From: a virus
Taxonomy: Duplodnaviria; Caudoviricetes
Direction: 5' to 3' (one strand)
DNA length: 64,000 nucleotides
Virus record (IMG/VR): IMGVR_UViG_3300033388_005412
Coordinates: 64,001 to 128,000 of that record
Shown: positions 10,135 through 19,606 of the stretch, in pieces
How the letters are laid out: each line of letters opens with the position of its first letter
Numbering within the stretch: the first letter of the stretch is position 1
The notes under the pieces: model-generated
Seen by the model: only the letters and a program-made list of their open reading frames with translations
The model's database searches: none
Told to the model about the DNA's origin: nothing
Position numbers and translations under genes: made by a program

Positions 10135-10336
10135 TCTTCTTTTTAAAAACCCCGTTTAAAAGTTTCATCAATTCCACTTTAAAAAAATCTATCACCCTAT
10201 CGGCGATTTCACTGGGCGGCAATTCCTTTTCTATGATTTCAGTTAAAAGCGGCTTATATAAATCCAACTTATTTATATTTTCTTTAATTTCTTCAAAAAG
10301 AAAATTACCGAAATACCTTATCAAACCTCGAATCAT
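10127..10336 (-). CDS. Small helical protein, paralog of 7569..7784
   Basis: GGAGGG RBS; pairwise similarity as above. Confidence 0.65.
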   Translation of the reverse strand: MIRGLIRYFGNFLFEEIKENINKLDLYKPLLTEIIEKELPPSEIADRVIDFFKVELMKLLNGVFKKKNA

Positions 10337-10345
10337 ATTTCCCTC

Positions 10346-10831
10346 CTATGTGTAAGGATATCCCCGCCAATCAGCTTTCAACGGCCCAAGCCTTAATCGC
10401 GGAAATACCCGATCTCTCCCTATACAATCTATAATTTCCAAATCAAATTCATCAACATCTTTAACCTTACTCATAAACTCATTAAAACCCTTTCTGGATT
10501 TCAATATGCCGTTCCACCAATGTTTTTTATAATAAAATCTCTCAAACATTTCACCAACAAGAACACACCCAAGTGTGTGTGTATCTACAATTCCAGTATG
10601 TATAATAATTCCTTTTCTTCCTGGGACATTCATAATTTCAAAATATCTTTTATATTTACCCCATGTCCGGCGTTTACAGTGATAGGTTTCGGACGGTATA
10701 CAAGATTTGTTTTGTTTATTTTGCCGCCAAGGGAGCTCCAATGTAAGCGCGAACGGGGTATCACCGTCTATAAAATTACCATATGTTGCTTCACTGTTTT
10801 CAGCGACCCGTTTAATTGTTAATTTCTTCAT
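10346..10831 (-). CDS. DUF5675-family protein (L,D-transpeptidase-like, putative endolysin)
   Basis: TLELPW...SCIP...Y, VPGRKGIIIHTG...TLGCVLVG with the family His/Cys pair. Confidence 0.75.
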   Translation of the reverse strand: MKKLTIKRVAENSEATYGNFIDGDTPFALTLELPWRQNKQNKSCIPSETYHCKRRTWGKYKRYFEIMNVPGRKGIIIHTGIVDTHTLGCVLVGEMFERFYYKKHWWNGILKSRKGFNEFMSKVKDVDEFDLEIIDCIGRDRVFPRLRLGPLKADWRGYPYT

Positions 10832-11232
10832 TTTTTACCCCCGAAGTATTCCTTCCCTAATTTCAATTTAATCATTTCTTTCACTATGCTTTTGCCACCC
10901 ATAAAAATATCGGCCAGCCACCGTCCATACTTACCTTTACCATAAACCTCAAGAGTGAATATTTTATCTTTTAATTTTCTACGCAGCCAGTTTCTGACTT
11001 TCAAGCCCATCTCCTTTTCTTTTTTGTCTTTTGTTCTAATCTCAGGCGTATCTATTCCAAAAAGACGAAGTTTAATTTTATTAAAACCAACATGAAACCC
11101 CAAATCTAAACTATTAATGGAAATGGAATCTCCGTCATATATTTGTTTTTTATCGACAATTTTACACCTCTCAAATCGCCAAAATTCTTTAGGTTTCTTT
11201 TTCATAACATCTACTCCACAATTTGCGTCCAA
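10828..11232 (-). CDS. Thermonuclease (SNase-like nuclease)
   Basis: YDGDS, LRLFGIDTPE, GKYGRWLADI catalytic motifs; true start may be the MKKKP Met. Confidence 0.9.
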   Translation of the reverse strand: MDANCGVDVMKKKPKEFWRFERCKIVDKKQIYDGDSISINSLDLGFHVGFNKIKLRLFGIDTPEIRTKDKKEKEMGLKVRNWLRRKLKDKIFTLEVYGKGKYGRWLADIFMGGKSIVKEMIKLKLGKEYFGGKK

Positions 11233-11486
11233 TCCTCATAAACATGGTTAAAAATACCATATCCCAAAGAACCAACATCCCAGAATTTTATATTATCACC
11301 CCATTTCATAGGATTAATCTTTCTAATATTTTTATATAAACTTAATAATTTATATGTAGGAAACTGATTTGATAAAAGCCAGCCACCCAAAATCAATACA
11401 TCAGTATCAAACCCGTAAATTTTTATATCTATGTCTTCATGGGTCCGCGTTTCCAGCTCAGGATTATAAATATAGATTTTATTCAT
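11211..11486 (-). CDS. Hypothetical protein, 91 aa
   Basis: ORF in the operon, overlapping the SNase gene. Confidence 0.5.
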   Translation of the reverse strand: MNKIYIYNPELETRTHEDIDIKIYGFDTDVLILGGWLLSNQFPTYKLLSLYKNIRKINPMKWGDNIKFWDVGSLGYGIFNHVYEDWTQIVE

Positions 11487-11499
11487 TCTTAATTACTTC

Positions 11500-11802
11500 T
11501 TATTCCTCAACTTTATCTGTATGCCAATCACCATCATCATCAAGATATATTTTCCATTTATAATTGTCAGAATGAACATACCACGGCGCCGATCTACCAA
11601 TCGCTATGCTGTTATTTATAGATAAATCATTAACCTTCAGTCCGCCAACTGTCACACTGAGTGTTGATATGTATGATTGTATGCTATTCCACAGCGTTAT
11701 AATCCACGAAGCCGCGCCTTCAGATGAAATACCAGTGCCTGTCTCAGGATCTATTTTAAATTTATCAAAATCCTTATTTATAAATTGCGTTATTCTATCC
11801 AT
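11500..11802 (-). CDS. Hypothetical protein, possibly fibre/baseplate-associated, 100 aa
   Basis: GGAGG RBS; operon position. Confidence 0.55.
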   Translation of the reverse strand: MDRITQFINKDFDKFKIDPETGTGISSEGAASWIITLWNSIQSYISTLSVTVGGLKVNDLSINNSIAIGRSAPWYVHSDNYKWKIYLDDDGDWHTDKVEE

Positions 11803-11803
11803 A

Positions 11804-12370
11804 TTATTCCTCCGTTATTATACCATTTTCCCATATTAATTTTTTCGATGATTCCTCAACTAAAGTGATTTCATTATCAATAATTGTCTGATAAATAAAA
11901 ACAACACTATCGGGGACATATGATGCCTCCCATGTCGGAAAATAACCACCAGTTACATTTTTGTATAGTGTCCAGTACTTCCCGTCAATGACATTTGTAA
12001 CATCTTTAACATCGATTTCAAGGGTCGGATCAGCCGGGACAGATGTTATAATTGTATAAACATCCGTGCCGTCTTTAATAACCGGCTCCTGATATGAAAC
12101 ATCCGCACCGTACTTTAAATTACACTCAGCCATTGAAATCGGGGCATGGGTTGAGAAAAAAACCTTTTTCGATGAAACAGGCTTTGTTTCTAAATCAAAC
12201 AACCCGGCACCACTGTTTAACAAACCCTGAAATGTTGAATTCGTTGTTTTCCGGTTCACTATTCGTCTTCTTAGATTGATATTTGTTTCATCATCCATAC
12301 GCTCAATACTAAACAACGCGGCGATCTCGTCGAGCGGCCCCCAAATATTCATTAATTTAACACTAGCCAT
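11804..12370 (-). CDS. Baseplate wedge-associated protein (gpI-like N-terminus)
   Basis: LDEIAALFSIERMDDETNINLRRRI resembles the wedge-protein LD.I...+.R...E.D...R.RI motif. Confidence 0.55.
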   Translation of the reverse strand: MASVKLMNIWGPLDEIAALFSIERMDDETNINLRRRIVNRKTTNSTFQGLLNSGAGLFDLETKPVSSKKVFFSTHAPISMAECNLKYGADVSYQEPVIKDGTDVYTIITSVPADPTLEIDVKDVTNVIDGKYWTLYKNVTGGYFPTWEASYVPDSVVFIYQTIIDNEITLVEESSKKLIWENGIITEE

Positions 12371-12515
12371 GTTTCTTTGATTCCTTTATGAGTTTCTGAT
12401 ATATTCTTTTCGTACAAACATCGGAATAAATTTTATTACGACATTTTTTTCGCATCTTGGGATTATCTTTCATTATTTTTTCAATCTCTTCCTTAAAAAC
12501 ACCCATTCTATTCAT
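12363..12515 (-). CDS. 50-aa basic hypothetical protein
   Basis: Read by hand: MNRMGVFKEEIEKIMKDNPKMRKKCRNKIYSDVC...; overlaps both neighbours. Confidence 0.4.
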   Translation of the reverse strand: MNRMGVFKEEIEKIMKDNPKMRKKCRNKIYSDVCTKRIYQKLIKESKKHG

Positions 12516-13678
12516 AATATACTAACTCCATTCACCTTTATCGACGGACTTGATTCCCGTGTATAGATTCGATTATTCACCCAATCTATATAACCAAAAT
12601 TATGTTTGATTCTGTATCTTTCTATTTTATCATTATTGGCAACGGCAATTGATCCATCTGGCAAATAACTAAGATCAGTTCCCGTAATGGCGGCCCAGTG
12701 ATATGCCGGTGTAACAAACTCATCCCATTTATCAAAAGCATATAAACCGTTACCGGTCATAATAAAAATAGTTTTACCGACTGACAATCCGCCATAAAAT
12801 TCAGTACTGACTGAACATCTCTGATCTTCAATTTTTATTATTTCTCTCAGATGTTGACCTTTAGGTGAAGTCTCATACCTTAAGAAAGGCAGGCCGCTCT
12901 CGAGCGGGACTATTGCTTCGGCTTCACCATTTTTTAATATATTAATCCTATTTGATAACGTACCAACTGAGTTTAGTTCCCAAATATCATCATCGACATA
13001 AAAAATACCGGTGTTTCCGGGTGTTGTTATTGTAAAACTATCAAAAATATATTCAGCATCTTCATCATATACCGGTTCAATGATGCTCATAGGTATGATT
13101 TTCCCATCTTCTTCAATAAAATCCAAATAATGCTCACCCCAATAACTATAATTGACATCAACATTATCCGGCGGATCCTCTAACTCCCCGGTAATCTGAA
13201 TAACCTTCGAATATTTACTTGGTTCATCATAGATATAACTTCCAACTGAATGAAGAGCGGCAATTTCATGCTTCAATTCAACTGTCCAATCTTCTTTAAT
13301 ACTTGCCGATTCTGTTATAGTAATCAATCCCATTGCCGGCTGCGCCACAACACTCTGAGTTTGAGCAATTGTATAATAAACTCTTAATGTTGTCTCCTTT
13401 GAATTAGTCCACGGCGCCTGAATTGTCACTTTTGTATAACCATTATCTAAATCTTCGATTTTAACATATTCATACGTCAATATATCAAAATCATCACAGT
13501 GTATCGCCTCTTTTGTAACAAATCCCGGATATGTTTGTTCAAATGTTTCTGATAGATTCCATGCTGTATCCGTATGCTTTATACAATTCATATGTAATTC
13601 ATATGTGTTGCCCGATCGCACCTCATATGGGCTAAACGCAAGTCCACTGCCGGTCGTTTCACTTAAATTGATATTCAT
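12512..13678 (-). CDS. Putative baseplate/tail structural protein, 388 aa
   Basis: Beta-rich acidic ORF behind a promoter motif copy. Confidence 0.5.
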   Translation of the reverse strand: MNINLSETTGSGLAFSPYEVRSGNTYELHMNCIKHTDTAWNLSETFEQTYPGFVTKEAIHCDDFDILTYEYVKIEDLDNGYTKVTIQAPWTNSKETTLRVYYTIAQTQSVVAQPAMGLITITESASIKEDWTVELKHEIAALHSVGSYIYDEPSKYSKVIQITGELEDPPDNVDVNYSYWGEHYLDFIEEDGKIIPMSIIEPVYDEDAEYIFDSFTITTPGNTGIFYVDDDIWELNSVGTLSNRINILKNGEAEAIVPLESGLPFLRYETSPKGQHLREIIKIEDQRCSVSTEFYGGLSVGKTIFIMTGNGLYAFDKWDEFVTPAYHWAAITGTDLSYLPDGSIAVANNDKIERYRIKHNFGYIDWVNNRIYTRESSPSIKVNGVSIL

Positions 13679-13684
13679 TTCACC

Positions 13685-13721
13685 CCTATATATATTATTA
13701 TTTTCATCTCTTATATATCAA
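13685..13721 (-). promoter_or_regulatory. Putative late promoter, copy 2
   Basis: TTGATA-N18-TAATATATATAGG. Confidence 0.65.
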
Positions 13722-14910
13722 TACTCGCCAAAGGAATACCTTTAATACCAAGATCTCTCATATACTGCTTTTGTGTCAAATATTTAGGTTTATTCTCAAC
13801 CCTGTGGAAATACTCAACAATATAACTAGAACCAAAAGCCATATCGGGTTGATAATCAACAGGGTACACGATATCGGAATCAATTGTTCCTGATGCCGGA
13901 ATGTAATCCGATCTACTTTTATCGAAAATTATTTTATTGTTATTTAATTCATCACCGACAGTATAATCGTCCGATGAAACAACTATGCCGGCGGAATCGG
14001 GATCATTCGGATTTCTTAGATTCCCAACATCAATAATGACCAAATCCTGAACAGGGTCATTCTGCAAATAGGCGACTTTCCGGTCACCCATCAAAAGAAA
14101 CTCAGTTAAAAATGATAAATTCGGAAATTCCGAATAAAAGAATAAATGCCATTGTCCGCCGTCATAATCAGCTTCTTTAACATAATAATAATTACCATCA
14201 AAAAACAAACAATCGTAAAGAGGATCCACTGTCGAATCACCATTAAAAATATATTCACCTGTTTCCACACCATTTTCAACATATGTAAAGTAAACTTGGT
14301 CGCCGTCTTTCAAAACCGGTAGAACTTCTGTTTGAATTGATAAGTATTCATCCGCGCCTGTGTTATCATAATCCTGTTTTACTATCGTATAATCAAAATG
14401 CGTTACAACATTCTCATCAGCAGGAAATACACCGGACGGCAATATGCCGGATGGGAAAACACCCGACGGTGAAATATTTGAAACAACATCGATGAAATTA
14501 TTGCCGCTTGTAACATACAATGCCGGATCATCCCAATCAAAACCATATGACAAACCAATAATACCGGACGGGAAAACACCTGATGCCAGGGGATGTTCAG
14601 AAATTTTATCAAGTCCAGTAACATCATTACTTAAAAAATCATTTAAATTATCAACAATTTTAGTATCGCCTGTGATAACATCAGTTGATAACAATTTTTT
14701 TTCAACATAATAAACTTTACATGGATATGCCGGATCCACGGTGTCAATAAACAAATTATCGGTTTTTTCTTTTGTTTCTTTTCTGAAATCCTGGAAATTT
14801 CTACCATGCACATCTGTAATAACATACAATGGATCGTCACGCTTCTGAGTAAAGCTTAAATTAGATGGTAAATTATTCAATAACTCTTCGGTTTTCGCGG
14901 CGTTTCTCAT
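13711..14910 (-). CDS. Putative baseplate protein, 399 aa
   Basis: Downstream of baseplate J; PSGVF repeats. Confidence 0.5.
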   Translation of the reverse strand: MRNAAKTEELLNNLPSNLSFTQKRDDPLYVITDVHGRNFQDFRKETKEKTDNLFIDTVDPAYPCKVYYVEKKLLSTDVITGDTKIVDNLNDFLSNDVTGLDKISEHPLASGVFPSGIIGLSYGFDWDDPALYVTSGNNFIDVVSNISPSGVFPSGILPSGVFPADENVVTHFDYTIVKQDYDNTGADEYLSIQTEVLPVLKDGDQVYFTYVENGVETGEYIFNGDSTVDPLYDCLFFDGNYYYVKEADYDGGQWHLFFYSEFPNLSFLTEFLLMGDRKVAYLQNDPVQDLVIIDVGNLRNPNDPDSAGIVVSSDDYTVGDELNNNKIIFDKSRSDYIPASGTIDSDIVYPVDYQPDMAFGSSYIVEYFHRVENKPKYLTQKQYMRDLGIKGIPLASIDI

Positions 14911-14931
14911 ATCAATTCATATTTGTACCAA

Positions 14932-15300
14932 TCAGTTGCTGCTGATATCCACATCATAATTAATTTCATTTAATACTAAAATTCTATTCTCAGTTGTTAC
15001 CGGAAAATAATTAATAATATCAACAGTGGTACCAGTTGAAATAAATGCCTTTTCCTGTATTGCATAATAACCATACTTACGCACCTCATTAATTATAACT
15101 TTGTACTCTTCAACGCTTAATTCATTATCCGTTTCAATTACCACCTCATCGCCGTCTATTGCCCATGTAAATGGTGAAGAAATTATAATTTCGAGTGCGC
15201 CCGTACTAACCAATTCTGGATTAACATGCTTTTTAAAATTGTAAATATATCCTGCATTTAATATACTCACACAAATCAATAATGCTATAACACTTTTCAT
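14932..15300 (-). CDS. Small protein with a Sec-type signal peptide
   Basis: MKSVIALLICVSILNA-G; AAGGAGG RBS. Confidence 0.6.
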   Translation of the reverse strand: MKSVIALLICVSILNAGYIYNFKKHVNPELVSTGALEIIISSPFTWAIDGDEVVIETDNELSVEEYKVIINEVRKYGYYAIQEKAFISTGTTVDIINYFPVTTENRILVLNEINYDVDISSN

Positions 15301-15309
15301 ATTTCCTCC

Positions 15310-16860
15310 TTAATTCGGCTTATGATAAACTATTTTCAGATAAACATAATCTAAATCATAATAAGCCGTTCCATTTGTCGGCGACGTGGTTTCATTGAGC
15401 ATTGTTTCCCACTTTCCCGTATAACAAAGTTCTTTGGGTATCGGCACTATGGTTGGAAACCATACCCAGTCCGTTTCTGTTGTTTCACTATAAACATTTG
15501 GGTTCGGATAATTCAAATTGTTATCCGGGGTTCTTACCTTCGCCTTTATTTTGACTGTTATATCTGTTGCCGTGGAATGCGCCGCCGCATAAAAATACAT
15601 ATCCGCGGATATAATTGTATTTGTGTCAATATCCAAATGCATATAAACAGGGTTTGTGAATTTGTCACCGGCGGAAGTTCCCGACCCAGAAGTTTGACTT
15701 TGTGTTTCAAATGGGAATATAACTTCTGTAACAGTATATGTACTTACTGTTTCATATGATTTCCAACTTCCTGAGTTTACGACTGCCTCCGTTGATATAT
15801 ATAATGTGTGATCAGAAACCTGATACGCCATAGTTCCTTCTTCATGTCCACTTGTCGGCAAATTTGTAAATGCTCCGGCAAACCCCAACCCGTATCCGGA
15901 TGTTGTTGCTGTTGATACTTGAAGCTTTTCAGTTGATGTTGGTTTACCGATACTAACATTAAGTTCTTTAGTTATTCTCACAGCCTCAACAGAATTACCC
16001 GCTCTCAACGACAATTCTCCATTTGGATTCGATGCTCCTATCTGCATAAGAAATTTACCATATTCCCATCTAATCATCCCACCGCTAATATCGGCAGGAC
16101 TTCCAAAATATACATTTGAAGCATTTGCATTAGGTGTAATTAACGATATCCCACCTGTAGAATCACTCTCTACAACAATATCATCCGCGACACCGGCGAC
16201 AGCCGAAACTCCAGATAAACCCGATATCACATGAAAAGCGCCCTTGGCTTTACAAGCCGTTGTTCCGGCAATAATTTGTCCTATAGCATTCATACACAAC
16301 CCGCCCTTACCATCTGATGTTAAAAAGTGCAAATCTCCATCTAGAGTTGTTATCGTTGAAACCTTTACATACCCGTTCACTGTAATTGTGTCTACAATGA
16401 CATTACCGGAAAACACAGGATTATGTGTTGATGCTTTTTGATCATACAATGTCTGTGTTGATACACCAAGATTATTAAAATTAGAATCTGTTGCCAGAAT
16501 TTCGGCATCCAATTCAGACTTGATTGTCCCGGATGATTCACCAAGTATTTCAATAGCGTCATCGTTCGTAGTTATCTGTCCCTGTAACGAATCAACCTGT
16601 CCACTCAAAACAGCTGTTGAATACTCAAGCGCGGCAATTCTATCTTTATTCTCACCTGTTGATACCTGTAAATCATAAATTGCGGTGGAAGATATACCAA
16701 CTACGGAATCAATAATACCATCATAATCCGCATCATACACGGCCCTCCTCATATCACCCATTCCGCTATATCCGCCAAATCCGCCAAACGGATTAGCAAA
16801 AACATATTTGCCGGAAAGCAATATACAAAATACTACAAAAAATTTTAATATTTTATTCAT
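15310..16860 (-). CDS. Fibre-like protein with N-terminal signal peptide, 516 aa
   Basis: MNKILKFFVVFCILLSGKYVFA-N; GDMRRAVYDADYDG motif, coiled coil, VSIGKPTSTEKLQV fibre segment. Confidence 0.6.
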   Translation of the reverse strand: MNKILKFFVVFCILLSGKYVFANPFGGFGGYSGMGDMRRAVYDADYDGIIDSVVGISSTAIYDLQVSTGENKDRIAALEYSTAVLSGQVDSLQGQITTNDDAIEILGESSGTIKSELDAEILATDSNFNNLGVSTQTLYDQKASTHNPVFSGNVIVDTITVNGYVKVSTITTLDGDLHFLTSDGKGGLCMNAIGQIIAGTTACKAKGAFHVISGLSGVSAVAGVADDIVVESDSTGGISLITPNANASNVYFGSPADISGGMIRWEYGKFLMQIGASNPNGELSLRAGNSVEAVRITKELNVSIGKPTSTEKLQVSTATTSGYGLGFAGAFTNLPTSGHEEGTMAYQVSDHTLYISTEAVVNSGSWKSYETVSTYTVTEVIFPFETQSQTSGSGTSAGDKFTNPVYMHLDIDTNTIISADMYFYAAAHSTATDITVKIKAKVRTPDNNLNYPNPNVYSETTETDWVWFPTIVPIPKELCYTGKWETMLNETTSPTNGTAYYDLDYVYLKIVYHKPN

Positions 16861-16870
16861 TTTTAACCAC

Positions 16871-17158
16871 CTATGTTAACACTTTACCCGTAACAACATA
16901 GTACAATGTTGCGCCGGCCTCTAAAACAACAGATATAACAGAATTTTCAACCGGAGCGCCAACACCTCCAGTCATACTTGTTCCACTTATAATATGTATA
17001 TCACCTGTTATAAAATCCATACTAACATCACTATATCCGCCAATTGAAAAAAACGAATAATTCGTAACACCAAAATCAACGTCGGGTATATCACCAGATA
17101 CTACCAATTTACCAGCGACCCCTGTTGATGCCCCCACTAATTTATCACTCATAACCAA
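16871..17158 (-). CDS. Hypothetical protein, 95 aa
   Basis: AAGGAGG RBS. Confidence 0.6.
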   Translation of the reverse strand: MVMSDKLVGASTGVAGKLVVSGDIPDVDFGVTNYSFFSIGGYSDVSMDFITGDIHIISGTSMTGGVGAPVENSVISVVLEAGATLYYVVTGKVLT

Positions 17159-17186
17159 TCCTCCTTAATATTCCTATTTCTCATTT

Positions 17187-18386
17187 TCAGTCATAACAAG
17201 CGCTAACCAATTTCGTGTTAGAAATCCACTTAGTTATTGCGCCAACATCCTGATTTGTGTTCAAAGAATACTCAAAATAATCAATTAATCCGGTATCAAG
17301 GTTATATTCACCCGTCCCGAACTTTTGAATATCAACATCATGAATATCTTCAGATGTTTCCATTATCCTTTGAATAATTTCATTAAAAACCAACTCGGTT
17401 CCCATTGAAAGATTATTTATATAATTAACAACATTTGTTACAACAGTTCTCGTCACATCATCTTTTGTACCTGTTGGTGTTGCCGCCTTAAACTCCAAAT
17501 TAATGCTCATGCTGCACGCCTTATACGTCGGGGCCGAAGCAACACCGCGCTCACCCGCGGCCTGAGTCTCATTTATAGCCGTCTGAACGGCACTTAGGAC
17601 GCCATTTGATATAACAGGGCTTTCTGATATGACAAACACGCCGAATGTCCCTATGCCATACTCATAATTACGTATCAAAACATCGCTAACGCCCGGGACT
17701 GATAAACATGCCAATCGTATAGCCGTCAGGTTGGCCTTCTCGGCGCCCTTCATTGCATTAATTATTCTATATCTGAAATTATTATCAGATTCAGTATCGG
17801 CGCCTGTGGTTATTGGCGTCGGATTTGACACTAAAATCAAATCTCTGATAACAACATAATTTAAATCTGAATTATTCCAGACAGTTAACACGCCGCTCGG
17901 CGCATTTGCCGCCGCCCCTAAATATACTGATAATGCGCTGACTGTAACACCATCATCTGTTAAAACAATGTCATCTGTTGTTTTATATTCATATGTTCCG
18001 TCAGTATCCTCGATTTTAGTTAACGCCGGTATCACAATATCCTCAAGAACAACGCCGGTATCGTCATAAATCATGGTTTTTAAATCACTAACAGTTTTAC
18101 CCGACGCTGGATCAATAGTAAATTTAACCTCACCCAGTGGATAATTTGATGATGACCTATCCAGCAAAAACAATTTACCTATCTGGTCCAGGAATTCGCC
18201 GGTTGCCGTTGTTATCATGGACTGAACAAAACGCGAATCCAGATACTCCGATAATGAAACCAGCTCTGAGCTTCCGATCTCAAGTAAAGACCTTGCGATA
18301 CTCCCTGGTGAAAAATTTTTTATTTCAGTGTCGGTTAATAATCTATCTCTGGCCGACACCATTAAATTATCAAAATTCAATCCCAT
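17187..18386 (-). CDS. Baseplate J-like wedge protein
   Basis: GSIARSLLE, ATGEFLDQIG, ITTGADTESDNNFRYRI, GT...IRLACLSVPGVSDV. Confidence 0.9.
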   Translation of the reverse strand: MGLNFDNLMVSARDRLLTDTEIKNFSPGSIARSLLEIGSSELVSLSEYLDSRFVQSMITTATGEFLDQIGKLFLLDRSSSNYPLGEVKFTIDPASGKTVSDLKTMIYDDTGVVLEDIVIPALTKIEDTDGTYEYKTTDDIVLTDDGVTVSALSVYLGAAANAPSGVLTVWNNSDLNYVVIRDLILVSNPTPITTGADTESDNNFRYRIINAMKGAEKANLTAIRLACLSVPGVSDVLIRNYEYGIGTFGVFVISESPVISNGVLSAVQTAINETQAAGERGVASAPTYKACSMSINLEFKAATPTGTKDDVTRTVVTNVVNYINNLSMGTELVFNEIIQRIMETSEDIHDVDIQKFGTGEYNLDTGLIDYFEYSLNTNQDVGAITKWISNTKLVSACYD

Positions 18387-18411
18387 AACTTATCTCCTTA
18401 CTGACGTCATA

Positions 18412-18855
18412 CTAACGCCTTCGCATGTAAACATTCAAGGGCTCTCTTGCGTTTACAACCTCTTCGTTATTTTGTGTTTCAGACACATAATTCAAACCAC
18501 CGTTCTGAAAATTAAATGTAAACTTAACTCCTGATGTTCCTATCAACGAGACTATTTCAATATTACAAATTATTGAAGAATCATCAACCGGTAAAACAAG
18601 AACTTTCGCAACAATATCATAATCCCTTAATTTCGTCTGAATCTCATTCCTCATTTTTTGCCGAGTTTGCGAGTCATTTAACATTCCGGTATATTTATTC
18701 AACCCGATACCTAAGTATGGGTGAAACACAAAAGAACCTTCATACACCATCAACATATTTTTAACAAAATCTGAATCATCTTCAGATAATATAAAGTCAC
18801 CGCTCTCAATCATTGTCGCACCAGCCAACGTTAATTTTATATCTGATTCATACAT
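18412..18855 (-). CDS. Baseplate gp25/W-like protein
   Basis: GDF...LMVYEGSFVFHPYLGIGL pattern; directly upstream of baseplate J. Confidence 0.7.
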   Translation of the reverse strand: MYESDIKLTLAGATMIESGDFILSEDDSDFVKNMLMVYEGSFVFHPYLGIGLNKYTGMLNDSQTRQKMRNEIQTKLRDYDIVAKVLVLPVDDSSIICNIEIVSLIGTSGVKFTFNFQNGGLNYVSETQNNEEVVNAREPLNVYMRRR

Positions 18856-18878
18856 AATTTATTTCCTATATCATCCCT

Positions 18879-18913
18879 CTATTATAATATAATATTTACC
18901 CCTTTAAAATCAT
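18879..18913 (-). promoter_or_regulatory. Putative late promoter, copy 3
   Basis: ATGATT-N18-TATTATAATAG. Confidence 0.5.
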
Positions 18914-18919
18914 CTTTTT

Positions 18920-19606
18920 TCAAAATAAATCCTTTAATTTTTTAACAATATTTAAAGCTTCCGACGCCCTTACCACCATAGTAACATCGGGTAAATGATC
19001 AGGCATACAGAATGGTGGCACGAACGCTTTCGGCAGCATAGACATCATCCCGCTTTCTTTTAACACCACGTTGCTGCGAGTGGGGAAGTCATATTCAACT
19101 ATCTTTCCGAAAACTGATATCTGAGACGGGCTAATAGTTACCAAACTGCCTTCTTCTCCATCACCGGCCGAGCGTAACGCAATAGCATCATCAGAAATCA
19201 ACACCCTGCTTTTGGCACCCGGGAACGACCTGATAGATTTATAGTTAGTTTTAACATTTGAATTATCAATCAACTGAGCAGGCTTCGCCGGTTCTACTGT
19301 ATCAGAATCATTTCCACCATCTTTTTTCATCTTCGGTGTAAAATACGCGAAATGTTTACTGACATCTCTCATATTTGATGAAACATTATCTTCATAAAAT
19401 AAAGTACAGTCAAAATCTTTATCATTTATAGAATAATCCATAATGCCGTTCATATATTGAATTTTGATATCAATAGGAACTTTAGAGAACTCAAAATCAC
19501 CGGCGGTCTTCGGCATAAAATAAATCAACAGCGTGTGATCAGGCAAGCTCCCGGGTTTTTCTTTTGATTTAATTATAAAATTAGAAAGTGTGATCTGCTT
19601 TATCAT
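18920..19606 (-). CDS. Putative baseplate spike/needle protein, 228 aa
   Basis: Between hub and gp25-like genes; start moved to 19606 (AGGAG RBS 6 nt upstream); beta-strand repeats SRVLISDDAIAL...LVTISPSQISV. Confidence 0.45.
   Translation of the reverse strand: MIKQITLSNFIIKSKEKPGSLPDHTLLIYFMPKTAGDFEFSKVPIDIKIQYMNGIMDYSINDKDFDCTLFYEDNVSSNMRDVSKHFAYFTPKMKKDGGNDSDTVEPAKPAQLIDNSNVKTNYKSIRSFPGAKSRVLISDDAIALRSAGDGEEGSLVTISPSQISVFGKIVEYDFPTRSNVVLKESGMMSMLPKAFVPPFCMPDHLPDVTMVVRASEALNIVKKLKDLF

Noticed and set aside
8305-16860. Host assignment from the LpxH-like gene and signal peptides
   Set aside because: Suggestive of a diderm host, but not decidable without database searches
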